Of a DNA stretch of 64,000 nucleotides, positions 1 through 12,439 are shown in pieces. Within the stretch, counting starts at the first letter, position 1; each line of letters begins with the position of its first letter. The position numbers were made by a program, and so were the translations under genes. This DNA is from Malacoraja senta (Eukaryota): NCBI GenBank assembly GCA_038087875.1, contig CM075998.1, positions 992,001 to 1,056,000 of the forward strand, in the 5' to 3' direction. The notes below the pieces were generated by a model that was given only the letters and a program-made list of their open reading frames with translations, made no database searches and was not told the origin of the DNA.

Positions 1-1020
1 GCATAGATTTGAGTTATACCGCTTGAAGCTTTGGCGCAACAAAAAAGAGCATTCACTTCTGTAAATCACCATCCATTACTTGCTCATTGCTGTTGAGTAT
101 CTTGTTTGCACATAGCCGTGGAGCTGCAACACACATTTTGGCTACAAAATGGAAGCAATTGCATTCTGTTCAAGCCTTGAACACTGGTGCATGAAACATG
201 CTTCATGGTTGGGATTAGGTTGGGTGAGTGATGAGTGCAGTCTACTCTATTCTGGACTCAAATATAAACAAAAGATTTTAACCAGGATTACTAATACGTA
301 AAACGTTGTATTTTTATTCAAGAGTGAACTTGTGAGTTAGTTGCGATTCATATTTGTGCTTGTTTTTTAAAGAAATCAATTCTGGTACATTGTTTGTAAA
401 CTAAAGTTTCAATAAGGTGAAGGAATGAAATGTTCCTCATGGATCACTTGAATCTTACAGTAAGAAAATAAGTTGGCTTCAAGATGCACTTTCTAAAATT
501 GAAATGCCTGTGGGTGTCTTCTTGGTTTGAAATTTTAGATCAATTTGGAAGCTAGCACAATCTTAATCAGTTGGCCGTCAGGCCTCAAGTTTATAAATAT
601 GCATTTTAAGATCGATTTCCAATTCACATAAATGACACTACAGCCGTGGGCTTTATTGCAGCACGCTCTCTCAAATGAACGTGATGCGCGGAAAGAGTAC
701 AAGTAAATCTTTCCCTGTATATATTGATGCATGCCTATCTCTTGAGATTTTTCACACTTGGCATAGTAACTTAACGGGTAACTGAGTTCTGGATAGTTTA
801 CTCAACTTCCATCGTGAAACCATCTTGCTGTTTGTCACCTTGTAGCAGGCACACTTTATTAATGCAATGATGATCAGGTGTTGGGATTTCAACCCCCCCC
901 CCCCCCCCCCCAAAATCTCGTTGGTGGGTGAAATGGGTCACTCAAACTGTAAGGACCTGCACACCTGAACAGTTTTGGCGCTTTATTGGCTGCTTGTAGT
1001 ACTGTACAAATCCTTTACAG

Positions 1021-1182
1021 CTGAAGATCACAGTGATGTCAACACTTCCCCTGCCCTTGGGGGAGAAAGCACTGTTCTGAGCGGAATTACTCCAGCTACC
1101 GACGCAACCGTTACTGAGCTGGCAAGTGAAGCTTCCAAGATGGAGGCCACCACTGAGAATGCAGTGTCTCGCGAGCCGTCAG
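1021..1182 (+). CDS. NACA: Candidate NACA cassette exon (162 nt, phase 1-1), AEDHSDVNTSPALGG...AVSREPSG
   Basis: Acceptor tcctttacag| and donor TCAG|gtgcgt. Open in phase 1, the phase needed between NACA coding exon 1 and the GSGTESDS exon. Ser/Thr/Ala/Glu-rich like the large exon. Confidence 0.65.
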
Positions 1183-1990
1183 GTGCGTTCTCACCATAAC
1201 TTGTGGGGTACTGACTAGAGAAAAGATGCATCTGCTTGCTAAAAAGTACTGTTATACAATCTTTTTAACAAGTTTTTTTCTTTATCGAAGATATGACAGC
1301 AGTAAGTGTATTGATGCCTCTGACGTGTGCTAGGTTGGGAAGTGAAGTTACATTCGTTTTTAGGACATGGATGCACTTAAAGTTTGCTTTAAGCATGTGC
1401 TATACGTTTTGTGTCATTGATAACTGTCCACACCATGTGGTGTGATTGGCTTAAACTACAAATTTGCGATAGAGATGCACTTGTATTTAAAGTACATTCT
1501 CCTGTCAGGAAGTCAAAAAGCGTTCCATATATTCTGAATCCAATGGAATTATAATGAGTTTGGTATTCCGATAAACACAAGGAATCCTAGGATTTGTCAA
1601 AGGTCATTCGGAAACAAAAGCGAACGCAGTGCTGTACAAACTGTGTATAAACTGTTAACTATTCTACCAATGAATTAATCTAGAATTCTGTCAACTCAAT
1701 AGCTTCCTTTCTTGTTCTGCTGTTCACACACGACTCACACAGTCCCAGTTCTAGTTCAGTTCATTAATCTGCAATTATGAGATATTCAAGAAGTTAAAGA
1801 ATTTTTTATTTTCATTTAATCCTTAGTGTGTTTGCTACTGGAATAAGAAAATATTACTTGTGTTTGAATTTTTTAATCTTTATTCATAATTTATGTGTAA
1901 AAATATATTTAATCTGAGGCATACAGTGACTGTATCAGTGTGATGTGGGCTGATGCTTTATCTACCGGCAGTGTGAATGTACCATTAAGG

Positions 1991-2070
1991 CAGGGGTCGG
2001 CAACCTACGGCCGACGAGCCGCATCCGGCCTGTTACCCGAAATCATCCGGCCCGCAGGTGTATTTTTTTT
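1991..2070 (+). mobile_element. Left end of a hAT (Charlie-like) DNA transposon; the internal part may run to ~3.3 kb
   Basis: Starts CAGGGGTCGGCAACCT followed by repeated (C)CGGCC(C) subterminal motifs typical of hAT/Charlie ends. No right TIR seen. Confidence 0.6.
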
Positions 2071-2899
2071 TTAGTGACTAGAATGTTCTTGCCTTCAGTG
2101 GGACCTTGCCCAGTGTTGTCCCAGTGCTCCAGCAAGGCAGCTCTCCGGGACGGTTTTGACTGGGATGGTGTTACATTGTGAAGTTCACTTTGCCCGAGTT
2201 ATTGATCAGAGTGAACACCCGCTCCTGTGGACACATCTCATTATGGAGTCTGTCACAGACGGATTCCACCGCCTGTTGGTCAATAATTGGATCGATCTAC
2301 TGAACCAGTGGCCGCGGATCTACCGGCGTGTGTTCTTTCTGAACTGAACTCGCTGTGGAATAAATCCATTAACGGAGCCACTCTGCTGCCGGATTCTAAG
2401 TTGTCCCTGCCTTCCCTACTGGAACCCTCCTCGTCCCCATCAGATGCCGAGTTCCCAGAACCCTGGTTAAACGCGGCCGGTCATAGTTAAGTCTGTGAAA
2501 CCGGCCCCATCAGAGACTGCGGGCAGGATTAACGAAAGAAAGGACCATTCCATCTATTGTAGCGGGGGGCTGTTCGTGAGGAGTGTGAGAGAGAGAGTGG
2601 AGGAGTGTGGGGCGAGATTTAATTTCCAGCGGCATGTCAATGATGGACCCACAAGGGTTGACACTGCAACGGCATTAGTGAGAGCGAGTCTGTTTCAACA
2701 GTTTGTTTATTTTCAGCTGTTAAGAAATAAAACACAAAGCGACCTGAATGATCACCGCACTTACTGCCGATGTCCTACATTCTGCCATTGATAAAGTTAC
2801 ATTACTTTACTGCAAGGTGTGAACGAATCCAAATATATCACAGAAACCTGTAAAAGTATGCTTGCTGAAGTTTTTACCAGGCACACCAATAACGGCAAT

Positions 2900-3030
2900 G
2901 AGCGTATAACTGTTATACCAGTGTCTCAAACTAACTGCTATGTTCAGTAGACATAATATTGCTTAAAGCAGTATTATGTCTACTGAACCTAGCAGTTAGT
3001 TTGAGACATTGGTATAACAGTTATACGCTC
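2900..3030. repeat. 131-bp near-perfect palindrome
   Basis: Arms 2900-2964 and 2966-3030 are reverse complements with 3 differences (2 G.T, 1 T/C). Confidence 0.95.
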
Positions 3031-4317
3031 CGAAGCATAAAGAAATAAAACACCAAAGCATAAAGCAATAAAAACCAACAAAATCATCGTAGTTTTGTGC
3101 AAATGACCCATAACTACACCTAGTTAATAGTTCTGAAAGCAATATTTTCTTACCTCGAAGAAGCAAAACTGGAAAATACGGATGAAACGCATATCTGTAT
3201 ACACGCAGCAGCTCAGCTGGCAAGAATGTTTATCGCGAATGACATGACCTGGGCATGAGCAGTTGAAATAGCGGACTCGCTTATTGCTTTGATAAAAGAA
3301 AGTTAATGGCTTATATGCGCAAACTAAAGTGAGATTACATTAAGACACGTCTATTTTTTGGGTTGTCCCAAAGCTCTACACATGCTAACTTCAGTGTCAT
3401 TGCTATTCTCTGCACATGCAGCAAACAATTTGCACAAAATCATCCACATTGTGGAATGCTGGTTTGAATTTGTCACACTCTCGTGACCACTGCACTACTC
3501 CTAAAACTCAGCACCTGTGCCCAAGTTCTGTAAGCATGTGCGGCAAAATAATGTACGCAAAATAAACGTGCACGCAAGTCAGCATCTCTTGTATGTACTG
3601 CACCTCATCTCCTGAGATGCCACAATGTGCTTTGTTTGCAAAAGATTGCTTTGAAACGGTCAACTTTCTAAGCACCAACTAAGACAGTCGATTCATGCAA
3701 GCTCGTTACACAGGTTTTGTCGGGTGGCACATGCATTTTTAAACTCCTGACATAATTTTATAAACTGAGGTGCAAACATGCCAACGCAAGTAAACACAGC
3801 GGCTGGTTTGTGTTAAGCAGTTAGTGTAATGATGTTTACATTTTAATGCTTGCGTGTTTTTTGTTCCATAAAAACTGTTGTAAACTTGGCCAGAATTACT
3901 CTAGGTTTGTTAAACTTTCATTCATCATAATACATTGACGAAAACTGAACTCTGATTGGATGAGTAGTCTGAATAAAAGTAATTCGGCCTTCTCTAGTTT
4001 CACCTAATGATCTTACAGCATCATAAAAATTCAGTTTGGTGTGAACGATGCTTCGTCTATTACAATGCAGTCTGTCTGTTATGTAAATATACTGGTGCGA
4101 CATTCTGGTGAAAGTGACCCAAGAGCAAACTACTTTTGGAAGTTGACATAATTGTCTATTGAGTTTGAATACTTTGCTCCTTGGCTGCTACGCAGCAGAG
4201 GTGAAATATTTTCTATGTACAATAGTTAATAGTTAGGAGCTTGAGGTAGCTTTGCTGGTTGAACATGGTTAATTGCATGAGGATTGTAAATTCAAGTACT
4301 CTCACATTTGTGTTAAA

Positions 4318-4707
4318 GAAGGAACTGCAGATGCTGGAAAATCGAAGGTACACAAAAATGCTGGAGAAACTCAGCGGGTGCAGCAGCATCTATGGAGCGA
4401 AGGAAATAGGCAACGTTTCGGGCCGAAACCCTTCTTCAGACTGATAGGGGGTGGGGGGGGAAGAAAGGAAAAAAGGAAAAAAGGCGGAGGAGGAGCCCGA
4501 GGGTTGGGGGATGGGAGGAGACAACCAGAGGGCTGATGAAGGGGAGGGGACAGCAAGGGCTAGCAGAGTTGGGAGAATTCAATGTTCATGCCCCCAGGAT
4601 GTAGACTGCCCAAGTCCAATTTCCGGTGTTGCTCGCTGTGGCCATGGAGGAGACCCAGGACAGAGAGGTCAGATACGGAATGGGAGGGGGAGTTGAAGTG
4701 CTGAGCC
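4318..4707 (-). mobile_element. Penelope-like element 3' end/pLTR with hammerhead-like motif (4412-4439)
   Basis: Minus strand reads the C-terminal remnant of a GIY-YIG ORF, then CTGAAGAAGGGTTTCGGCCCGAAACGTTGCC. Near-identical to copies at 39693 and 40446. Confidence 0.8.
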
Positions 4708-5004
4708 TTTCTCCCTCAAAGTGTTGTCCCTTTCTCCGCTTGCTAAAAGTTCATGAAATGATACCTCATAGTTCATGAATGGTGCACGTAAAGCGATTCA
4801 TCTGACTGGTATGGCGAAAGGTGGCCGGATGCATTTTGGAATCAAGTACTCGCTCCAATTTTAAATTTTAGAACACTTGCACTAACTTCACTTCCTGACT
4901 TTAGGATAGTCGTGGAGTTTGAGGTAGATCATGGCAAGTTAATCGCTATATCCCCAGTTGAATTGTCAACTGAAATTGTATGTTGCAGAGGGGTTGGTGA
5001 GTGG

Positions 5005-5182
5005 NNNNNNNNNNNNNNNNNNNNNNNNNNNNNNNNNNNNNNNNNNNNNNNNNNNNNNNNNNNNNNNNNNNNNNNNNNNNNNNNNNNNNNNNNNNNNNNN
5101 NNNNNNNNNNNNNNNNNNNNNNNNNNNNNNNNNNNNNNNNNNNNNNNNNNNNNNNNNNNNNNNNNNNNNNNNNNNNNNNNNN
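5005..5182. other. Assembly gap
   Basis: 178 N. Confidence 1.
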
Positions 5183-8100
5183 AGCCATCTTGAAAGACTT
5201 CAATCCTGGGATTTTTAATCCAGAGATTGCAGCATTAATTAATGTTAAGGTTTTTAAAAAAAAGCGCAGGATTCTCATTTAAAATGGGAGAAAAGCTTTA
5301 AATGGCTTCTGATTTTGGAGCAAACGTTTGAAATATCACCAATGTGGTCATGGTTCTGCTTCCTATCAAAATGATCTTTCAATGTTGTATCTAAAGGATA
5401 ATTGTACATGTTTTCTTGAGGGGTATAATTTTTTTTATTCCATGTTTCGATCAATGTAAATGGAAATCTAGAACCTCTTCATTTAGACATGGGTGTAAGA
5501 AACGTGTATATTCTTGTATGTAAATTGTTACAAATAGCTTTTCTATGACTCTTGTGTATTTCCAGTGTTAGATGTTTGTCGATTTTAATTTTTGTTTATG
5601 TAGATTCTTTTTGAATTGCTGTAAACTGTGCTGTATAACATGTGATTTTATTTCCATAATTTGATTTTTGAATGGAAAGCTGTTCATCATTTGACTCCAT
5701 GTGCATCGATGCTTGAATGTACTGTGGATTTTAAGTTACTGATGATTTTATGAGCCCGATTTCAGTTAAAACCAATATCTCAATTTGTGCTAACGTGTCC
5801 ATTTTATCTTGTAGAATGAAGTATGTGAGAAAGCAGAATAACATATATTGAGCATTTAACAAAACCCTTTCATTTTATCTTCTCAAACCACCACCCTAAA
5901 AGTTGCTATATTTGCTGTTGAAAGCTAACTTCTGTGCATGGTCAGGGGTATGGAGAAGGCGCCCATATAGATTTGAGAACTGAGGTTGTAACTGAAGATT
6001 TATTTGATTGGGCTGAGATTTCTATTCCTGAAAGTTTGTGTGATTAAATTGGCCTTGCGTTAAAGGGTGTCATAGAAAGATTGCAAATGCAGAAAGATCA
6101 CTAACTTCCACATGGTGAACGTCAACATCTACTACAGGGAATTTACTGTGGAGTTTTGCGGACGGGTGGAGCTGGATGGGGGGGTGGGGGGGATGTCTAA
6201 AATGCTTAGATGAAGCACGGTCGGAGTTTGACTAAAGCTTAAACACTGGTACAATGCCCTCTTCTATGTTTGCTAGATTTGGTGGAGGAAGGGGTTGTGG
6301 AGAGAGTCCATTGTTTGGTTCTAAAATGTAGTGGTTTCAATATAATGTGGTTTAGGTCTGGTTTTCCGGCTCCTAGTCTGTCTCCATGATCACCAAGTCA
6401 GCACGTTGGTTTGAACAGAAGTGAAGGTGCTGCCTCCCTGGTGTTGCATCTGTAGGAGCAGCTTCAAACATACCCGACCTATGCAAGACTCAGGGAGGCC
6501 TCGAGGTTTTATATCTCATTGAACATTTGTATTTCCACTATCTTGTATAAAGTCTTGATGCCTAAATTTGGATTTAGGGGCACAGGTTATTTGCATTTGA
6601 CCAGAATTACAAAAGATTTTGTAAAGCCATGCAGAAATTGCCAACATGTTAACTCATGAAGTGGCAGTTAATTCTGAATTGCTAGCCATATGTATATGTA
6701 CAGGTTTTCTGGGTTTAATCTAGAGTGGATTTGCATTTAAATCGTGCCTGTAACTCACAATGTTGCTCAACTTTCTAGCTGGGTCTGGTGCTCCTGCCTC
6801 AGAAGCTCCAGCTGTGCCTGATGCAGTCCAAGTACCTGTATCCCCCGTTTCTCCTGAGAAGTCTGTTCAAACTGCAGGTAGACTAATAATGGATGATCTC
6901 TTAAACTAATATGATCTGAGACTTGCAGTTCTGCTAACAACTTATTTGTTCTTGTGCACTTGAATATTCTTGCTGTTCTAACCATTTATTTTCAGTGGGT
7001 GGGTGATTACATGGACTAAAGTTTCCTGAACCCAACCCAGCTCTGGGGGTCCTGAAATGAGATTATTAAACCAGTCGATTCAGTCAATGGAAGACCAGTT
7101 GTAAAACTGGACATGTTTGCCCAAAGGCTAGTATCGCTTAAGCCAATCATATGGAAGCCTTTTGGGGGGGGGGGGGGGGTTGTGCAGTGATTGTTTACTT
7201 TGGGGTAGTTGATGGACGATTTAATAATGTGATAATAATCGTGCAGCACAAATGTAGGTCATTCAGCCCATCATGTTGATGCAATCTTATGAATCATGTT
7301 CCAGTGTTTGGTCTGCAGCTTATTATGCCTCGCTGATTTGAACATCAGATTCCAGATTGCAACCACCCTCTGGGTGGTGGGGGAGTGAATATGCCTTGGA
7401 TCCATTCTTATGCCTTGTCATAATCCTCTAATTGTACTTGTTTTTTTTACGGGGGCAAGTTTCTTGCTATCAATCCTAACTATGCTCCTCATAATTTAGT
7501 ATACTGCTATCGGGTCCACCTCAGCCCCCTCCACTGACAAAACCCCCATTTATACCCTGATTATAAAGTTGGGCTCTGAGCTCCATGCTCTTGTTCTATT
7601 CCCCAGGAGGTAAATGCAAGAATTCGGTGTCCCCTTCGCATCTACCTGTGTCCCGTCACTTTCAGAGATCCTTTGACTTACATTAACATCACTCTTTTTC
7701 AATACAACAGGGTCAATGCTCATTCTCAACCCCGAACAGTGCAGATAAAACTTGAAATCAAAATCTTTAGTGTCAGATTTGGTTTTGAAGTGGGGCATTT
7801 AGGATGAAGTAAATGCACAAATACAATTTCAAAAGCAACAGTTTCAAGCTGGGCAGTGTTGAGTAATAAAAGTGACTGTTCTAGGGGCTAGATCCAGGGA
7901 TCACCAAGAAATGGTTTAGTTCAAGGCCATAATTAAAAAAATTAAAAAACACCAGGCAGTGAATTTCATTCATGAAAGGACAGAATTGAAAAGTAAGCAT
8001 GTTCAAACTCCTATAGATTCCAGTTGCAGTACTGTGCCGGTATGATCTCTAAAGGATAAATAAATAAAGGTGGATATCAGACTGAAGCTGGAACTATCAG

Positions 8101-8484
8101 GTCAGACAAAGTGGTGAGCCTTTTCCTGAATTTCATCAAGGTTTTTTAAGATTATGAAAGTTTGATTTTGTTTCAGGGGAGACCACCAGTAATTAAAATC
8201 CTGCAAGTTAAATCCAATGGGGAATTTGAGAGTAACTTCTACCTAGTGGTTTGATGTAGATAATGGTGAAAGACGGATAGCTAGGGATGCAGCAATGTGT
8301 GAGTATGGAAGGGACATGTTGGGATGAGTGCTGTGGAAATGTAAGTAACCATGGATCATGTGGGCTGATTGGGTTCTTCTGCAGGGTTTAATGTAATGTT
8401 GCATCTTAAATGTACTTTGATTTGAAGTCCCTGTGATAGTACTGATGCTGTTTATGCTCTTGGTTTTTTGGTTATCTTCAACAG

Positions 8485-11400
8485 CTACTATTGAAACCTG
8501 TTCTGAGCATGAATCGGTTTCCTCAGCCAGTGAGTACATTCAGGCTGAATGCGACTCCAGCGGTGCCAGTAAGATGGAACTTTCAGCTGCTACTGACTTG
8601 CATGGCCCAGATCTTCAGCTTCCATCCCCCCAAACAGTCAACAAACAACCTTCATCCCTTCTGCCTTCCCCTGTCCTACCCCCTGTCCAGTCTCTTTCAG
8701 AGCTCTTTCCATCTTCTATTCCTGTTCTATCCTCTGAGGTGCTCTCTCCCCCTCCTGCTGACCCCATCACTAGCCAACTGCCTTTGTCTCCCGAACCAGC
8801 TGATGTTGATGGGCTGCCTTCATCTGATATGGCTGCTACTTCTGTTGAGCATTTGTCCGCTGATTCGGTTGTTGCTGCCACTGTTGAACCGTTGAGTTTG
8901 GGCAGTTCCAAGTCAGCGAACAATCTGAGTTGTCTAGTCACACCGCTGTTTCTTTGGCCACTGAAGTAGATTCTGACCTGGGACTGTCCCCATCTGACGT
9001 TGCCGATGCTATACCTATACCTCTGCCTGCCCCTGTGGCTCCCACTACTACATCGGCTGAAGTGGTTGATGGCCCCAGCATCGATCAGTTACACTTTCCC
9101 ACTGACCCTCCAAAATGCCATTGCAATCAGCAGTGAGGTTTCGACTCAATTGGAGGCAAGTATTATGCCTGGGTCTGTGAGGAATGAAGAGTCCTCCCTG
9201 ACGCTGTAGTTCCCAGTGACGTTATTGCTATTACTCTGTCCCCACTCACTGACCTCCCTGTGTCCTCTTCTGTTGGGCAGCCTTTAGCTGATGCACCTGG
9301 AATCCAAGCAGAAACTGTCGTCATCTGACAGTGATAACGCTGCTACCCTGGTGGTCACTGCCACTGTTCATCCACCTTTATCTGGTGACGTTGCATTTTC
9401 TAACCTTGCTGATGGACTGCCTGCATCCCACGTCTCTGATGACAGCTCTGGACTTCCTGCATGTGAATGTGCTCTAGCCGCCACCTCTGTGGTTGCTGCC
9501 AATGCCCTGCAGCTGCCTTCCCCACTGGCACACAAGTTGCAACTGGCATGGGCATGAAGCTTTTGCCTGATGTTGCTGAACCTATGGCCACTATATCTTT
9601 GCCCAGTCATGGTATTGTTACTGCGCTTGGGTTGTCTTTACCCGATAGTGTTACTGTTGGTGAAAGACCAGTGCCCACTGAAAGAATTGCTGACCAGATG
9701 CCTCCACCCCATGAGAGTGCAGGTGAAGCTGTGCAATTGCCTGTGCCCTCTGAGGCTGCCAGCGATCCTGTGCCCACTGAGGCTGCCAGCGATCCTGTGC
9801 CCACTGAGGCTGCCAGCGATCCTGTGCCCACTGAGGCTGCCAATAATCAGGTCCCTTGTGTCCCCAAAGATGAAGCTGCCAGCGGTCTTGTGCCCTCTGG
9901 TGAGCTTGCTACCGATCGGGTCCCTAGTGTCTTAAAAGATGAGGCTGCCAGCAATCCTGTGCCCACTGAGGCTGCCAGCGATCCTGTGCCCACTGAGGCT
10001 GCCAGCGATCCTGTGCTCTCTGAGGCTGCCAGCGATCAGGTCCCTTGTGCTCCCAAAGGTGAAGCTGCCAGCGATCCTGTGCCCTCTGGTGAGCTTGCTG
10101 CTGATAGGGTCCCTAGTGCCTTAGAAGATGAGGCTGCCAGCGATCCTGTGCCCACTGAGGCTGCCAGCGATCAGGTCCCTTGTGATCCCAAAGGTGAAGC
10201 TGCCAGCGATCCTGTGCCCTCTGGTGAGCTTGCTGCCGATAGGGTCCCTAGTGCCTTAGAAGATGAGGCTGCCAGCGATCCTGTGTCCACTGAGGCTGCC
10301 AGCGATCAGGTCCCTTGTGCCCTTGAAGGCGAGGCTGCCACCGATCAGTTTCCTGTTGCCCTCAAAGGTGAAACTGCCAGCAAATCTGTGCCCTCTGAGG
10401 CTGCCAGTGATCAGGCCCCTTGTGCCTTTGAAGGTGAAGCTGCCAGCAGTCCTGTACCTGTGCCCTCTGAGGCTGCCACCAATCAGGTGCCTTGTGTCCT
10501 CAAAGATGAGGCCGCCAGTGATCATGAACTCTTGTCTCCTCTGAGTGCCACTAATCAGGCGTCTTTACCTAATGAAGATGCTGATAAAATTGCCTGGCCC
10601 CCTCAAGGTGTGTGTGAAGCTAGTCAGGTGCTTTTGGCCTTTGAGGATGCCACTGATCAGGCCGTTTTACCTCCTCAACATGGTGCCAGTCAGGTGCCTT
10701 TTGCCCCTGAGGGTGATGCTGCAGCTCGGGTCCCCTTTCCCTATGAGGGTAAAGATGAAGGTCCCAAAACACCTGCTCAATTGACTTGTTCCACTGAGGC
10801 TGCTCCCGCACGCCCGCTCTTATCCAACTCTGACAGTATGTCCTCTGCTCTGTCCGTTGATGCCAGTGCCATTGAAGGTCCACTTTCTGTAGATGGCACC
10901 ACTGATTTGCCATTGTCTTCCACTCCTCTGGCCGACACAGCTCAGCCTCCAGTTGTGGAAGCTGAACTTCATGTTCCTGTGTCCCCTTGCGTTCCTGAGC
11001 TGCCTTCAGCCACCTCCGATTTTTCTGTAGGTCAAGAAATCCCCAGTGCTGATAATGCTTACATTGAGCAGTCACTAACAGTAGACCTGCCTGCTTCAGA
11101 GCCTCATTCCCTGCTCTCCCATCTAACTGACCAAATTGCTCAGTGTACTGACTTGCTTCTGTCTTTTGATCCCACTGAGAATTCCCAGCTTCAATCCCCT
11201 CTGCACGCTACTACTAAGCTGCCACCCACTCCCTGCATTGCTGATTATTCACCTGATGTAGTACCTACATCTTCTGAACTTTCTTTATCTTCAGAATCTA
11301 GACCTGTCACTGAATTTCCTCCATCTCTCACTGTCCCACCTGCCTCTGTTCAACTCACTACCCCATCCCCTGAATCATTCTCGGCTGTCCAAATTGATGA

Positions 11401-11543
11401 CGATGATGATGAGATGCCTCCTCTGATATCTGCGATCAACGAGACTCCCCTCTGTGAGGCTCCTGCCCCACCTGTTCTTGAGAAGGCATTTCCCAAGATT
11501 TCTCTGACTGGAAAGGAGTCGGTGGTGAAGCAAAATGATGAGG
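8485..11543 (+). CDS. NACA: NACA muscle-specific (skNAC-like) giant exon; 5' ~1 kb frameshifted in this assembly, ~9513-11543 open
   Basis: Acceptor ttatcttcaacag|8485 (phase 1) and donor GAG G|gtactt at 11543 (phase 1), in frame with [10 protein letters not shown]. Pro/Ser/Ala/Glu-rich. Ends DDDDDEMPPLIS...KQNDEG, resembling the mammalian skNAC exon end (acidic-PPLIP...KNNKG). Confidence 0.85.
9752..10520 (+). repeat. Coding tandem repeat: 27-nt EAASDPVPT units within a 135-nt (45-aa) higher-order unit
   Basis: gaggctgccagcgatcctgtgcccact is repeated, and the higher-order unit recurs at 10130 and 10265. Confidence 0.95.
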
Positions 11544-11564
11544 GTACTTAGTTTGGTTGAGGTG

Positions 11565-12439
11565 TGCATGTATGGTGTTCTGCTTAGTTGAATTGTGCAC
11601 CTGCATTAAACTGAAGTAAAGGCTCATTAAATTTCACATCTGGGAAAGGCTAACTTTTTTAAGTGAAGCATTTGTGTTCGTGGGAGGAATGTTTTTATTG
11701 ATATTTATATATATTGTCCTCCAGAACAGAGTAACTTAAAATTAGCCTATCCTTTGGCAAGGAAAAATTGTCTGGTTTGAAATCTGTACTATTGTTCCGA
11801 AATTTGTTTTCATTTGGAAGGCCAATCACGAGTGTAAATCCCAATTTGTAAATTGGAGGGAGGGAGAAGATGAGTTATAATCCCTTTTTCCCCCCTGTCA
11901 TCTTGAAAAGAGATGCATTAGTAGTTGACTTTCATGAAAGGATTGCTGTCTCTTTTGGGACAGGTTAATTATGTACAAATTTCAACCGTGGCCACAGGGT
12001 GTTTAGAGCTTGTGTACTAATGGCAGTGTGAAGTCCACCTTTTGTTTCCTACGCTTGTATTTCACAAGTAGTTGGGGACTTAACTTGACTGAACTGGTTT
12101 TGAAAGGGTTTGTAGTACACTAATTGTACTAACACTGAGCCTCACGTGCTAAAACTGGCCTGCATACCTCAGCCTGTGAATATTTGCTGACCACTTTTTA
12201 AAAAAAATGTCACCAATTATAACAAAGACTGATTTCTGCAACATACTTCTATGTATTCATTTGGTCCTTTGGCATTTGCTTGTATTTTAAATCCCAAATA
12301 TCTTGCAATTTTATTTGCCTATTTTGTGAACACAGGATGAGCATTACGGGTATGAGCGGAATATTGGGACTACTATGTAATTGGTGTTGTATCTGGTACC
12401 AATAATGTTCACACTAACCTAGAAATCCTTTATTGCATG
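11565..12439 (+). promoter_or_regulatory. Intronic muscle splicing-enhancer cluster (RBFOX UGCAUG and QKI ACUAAY)
   Basis: TGCATG at 11565 (~20 nt after the donor) and 12434. ACTAAY at 12016, 12119, 12128 and 12413. Confidence 0.55.

Noticed and set aside
893-911. Poly-C/G tracts (also ~28451, ~39205, ~45748)
   Set aside because: Simple homopolymers; G-quadruplex potential is generic and their length is unreliable.
4912-5282. ORFs spanning X runs (also 49646-50077)
   Set aside because: Artefacts of N gaps.
9752-10320. Regularly spaced repeats superficially like a CRISPR array
   Set aside because: Eukaryotic in-frame coding minisatellite with no unique spacers and no cas genes.
8491-11075. 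Alternative-frame and antisense ORFs over the skNAC exon (e.g. LRLPAILCP repeats)
   Set aside because: Shadows of the repetitive, stop-poor coding sequence.
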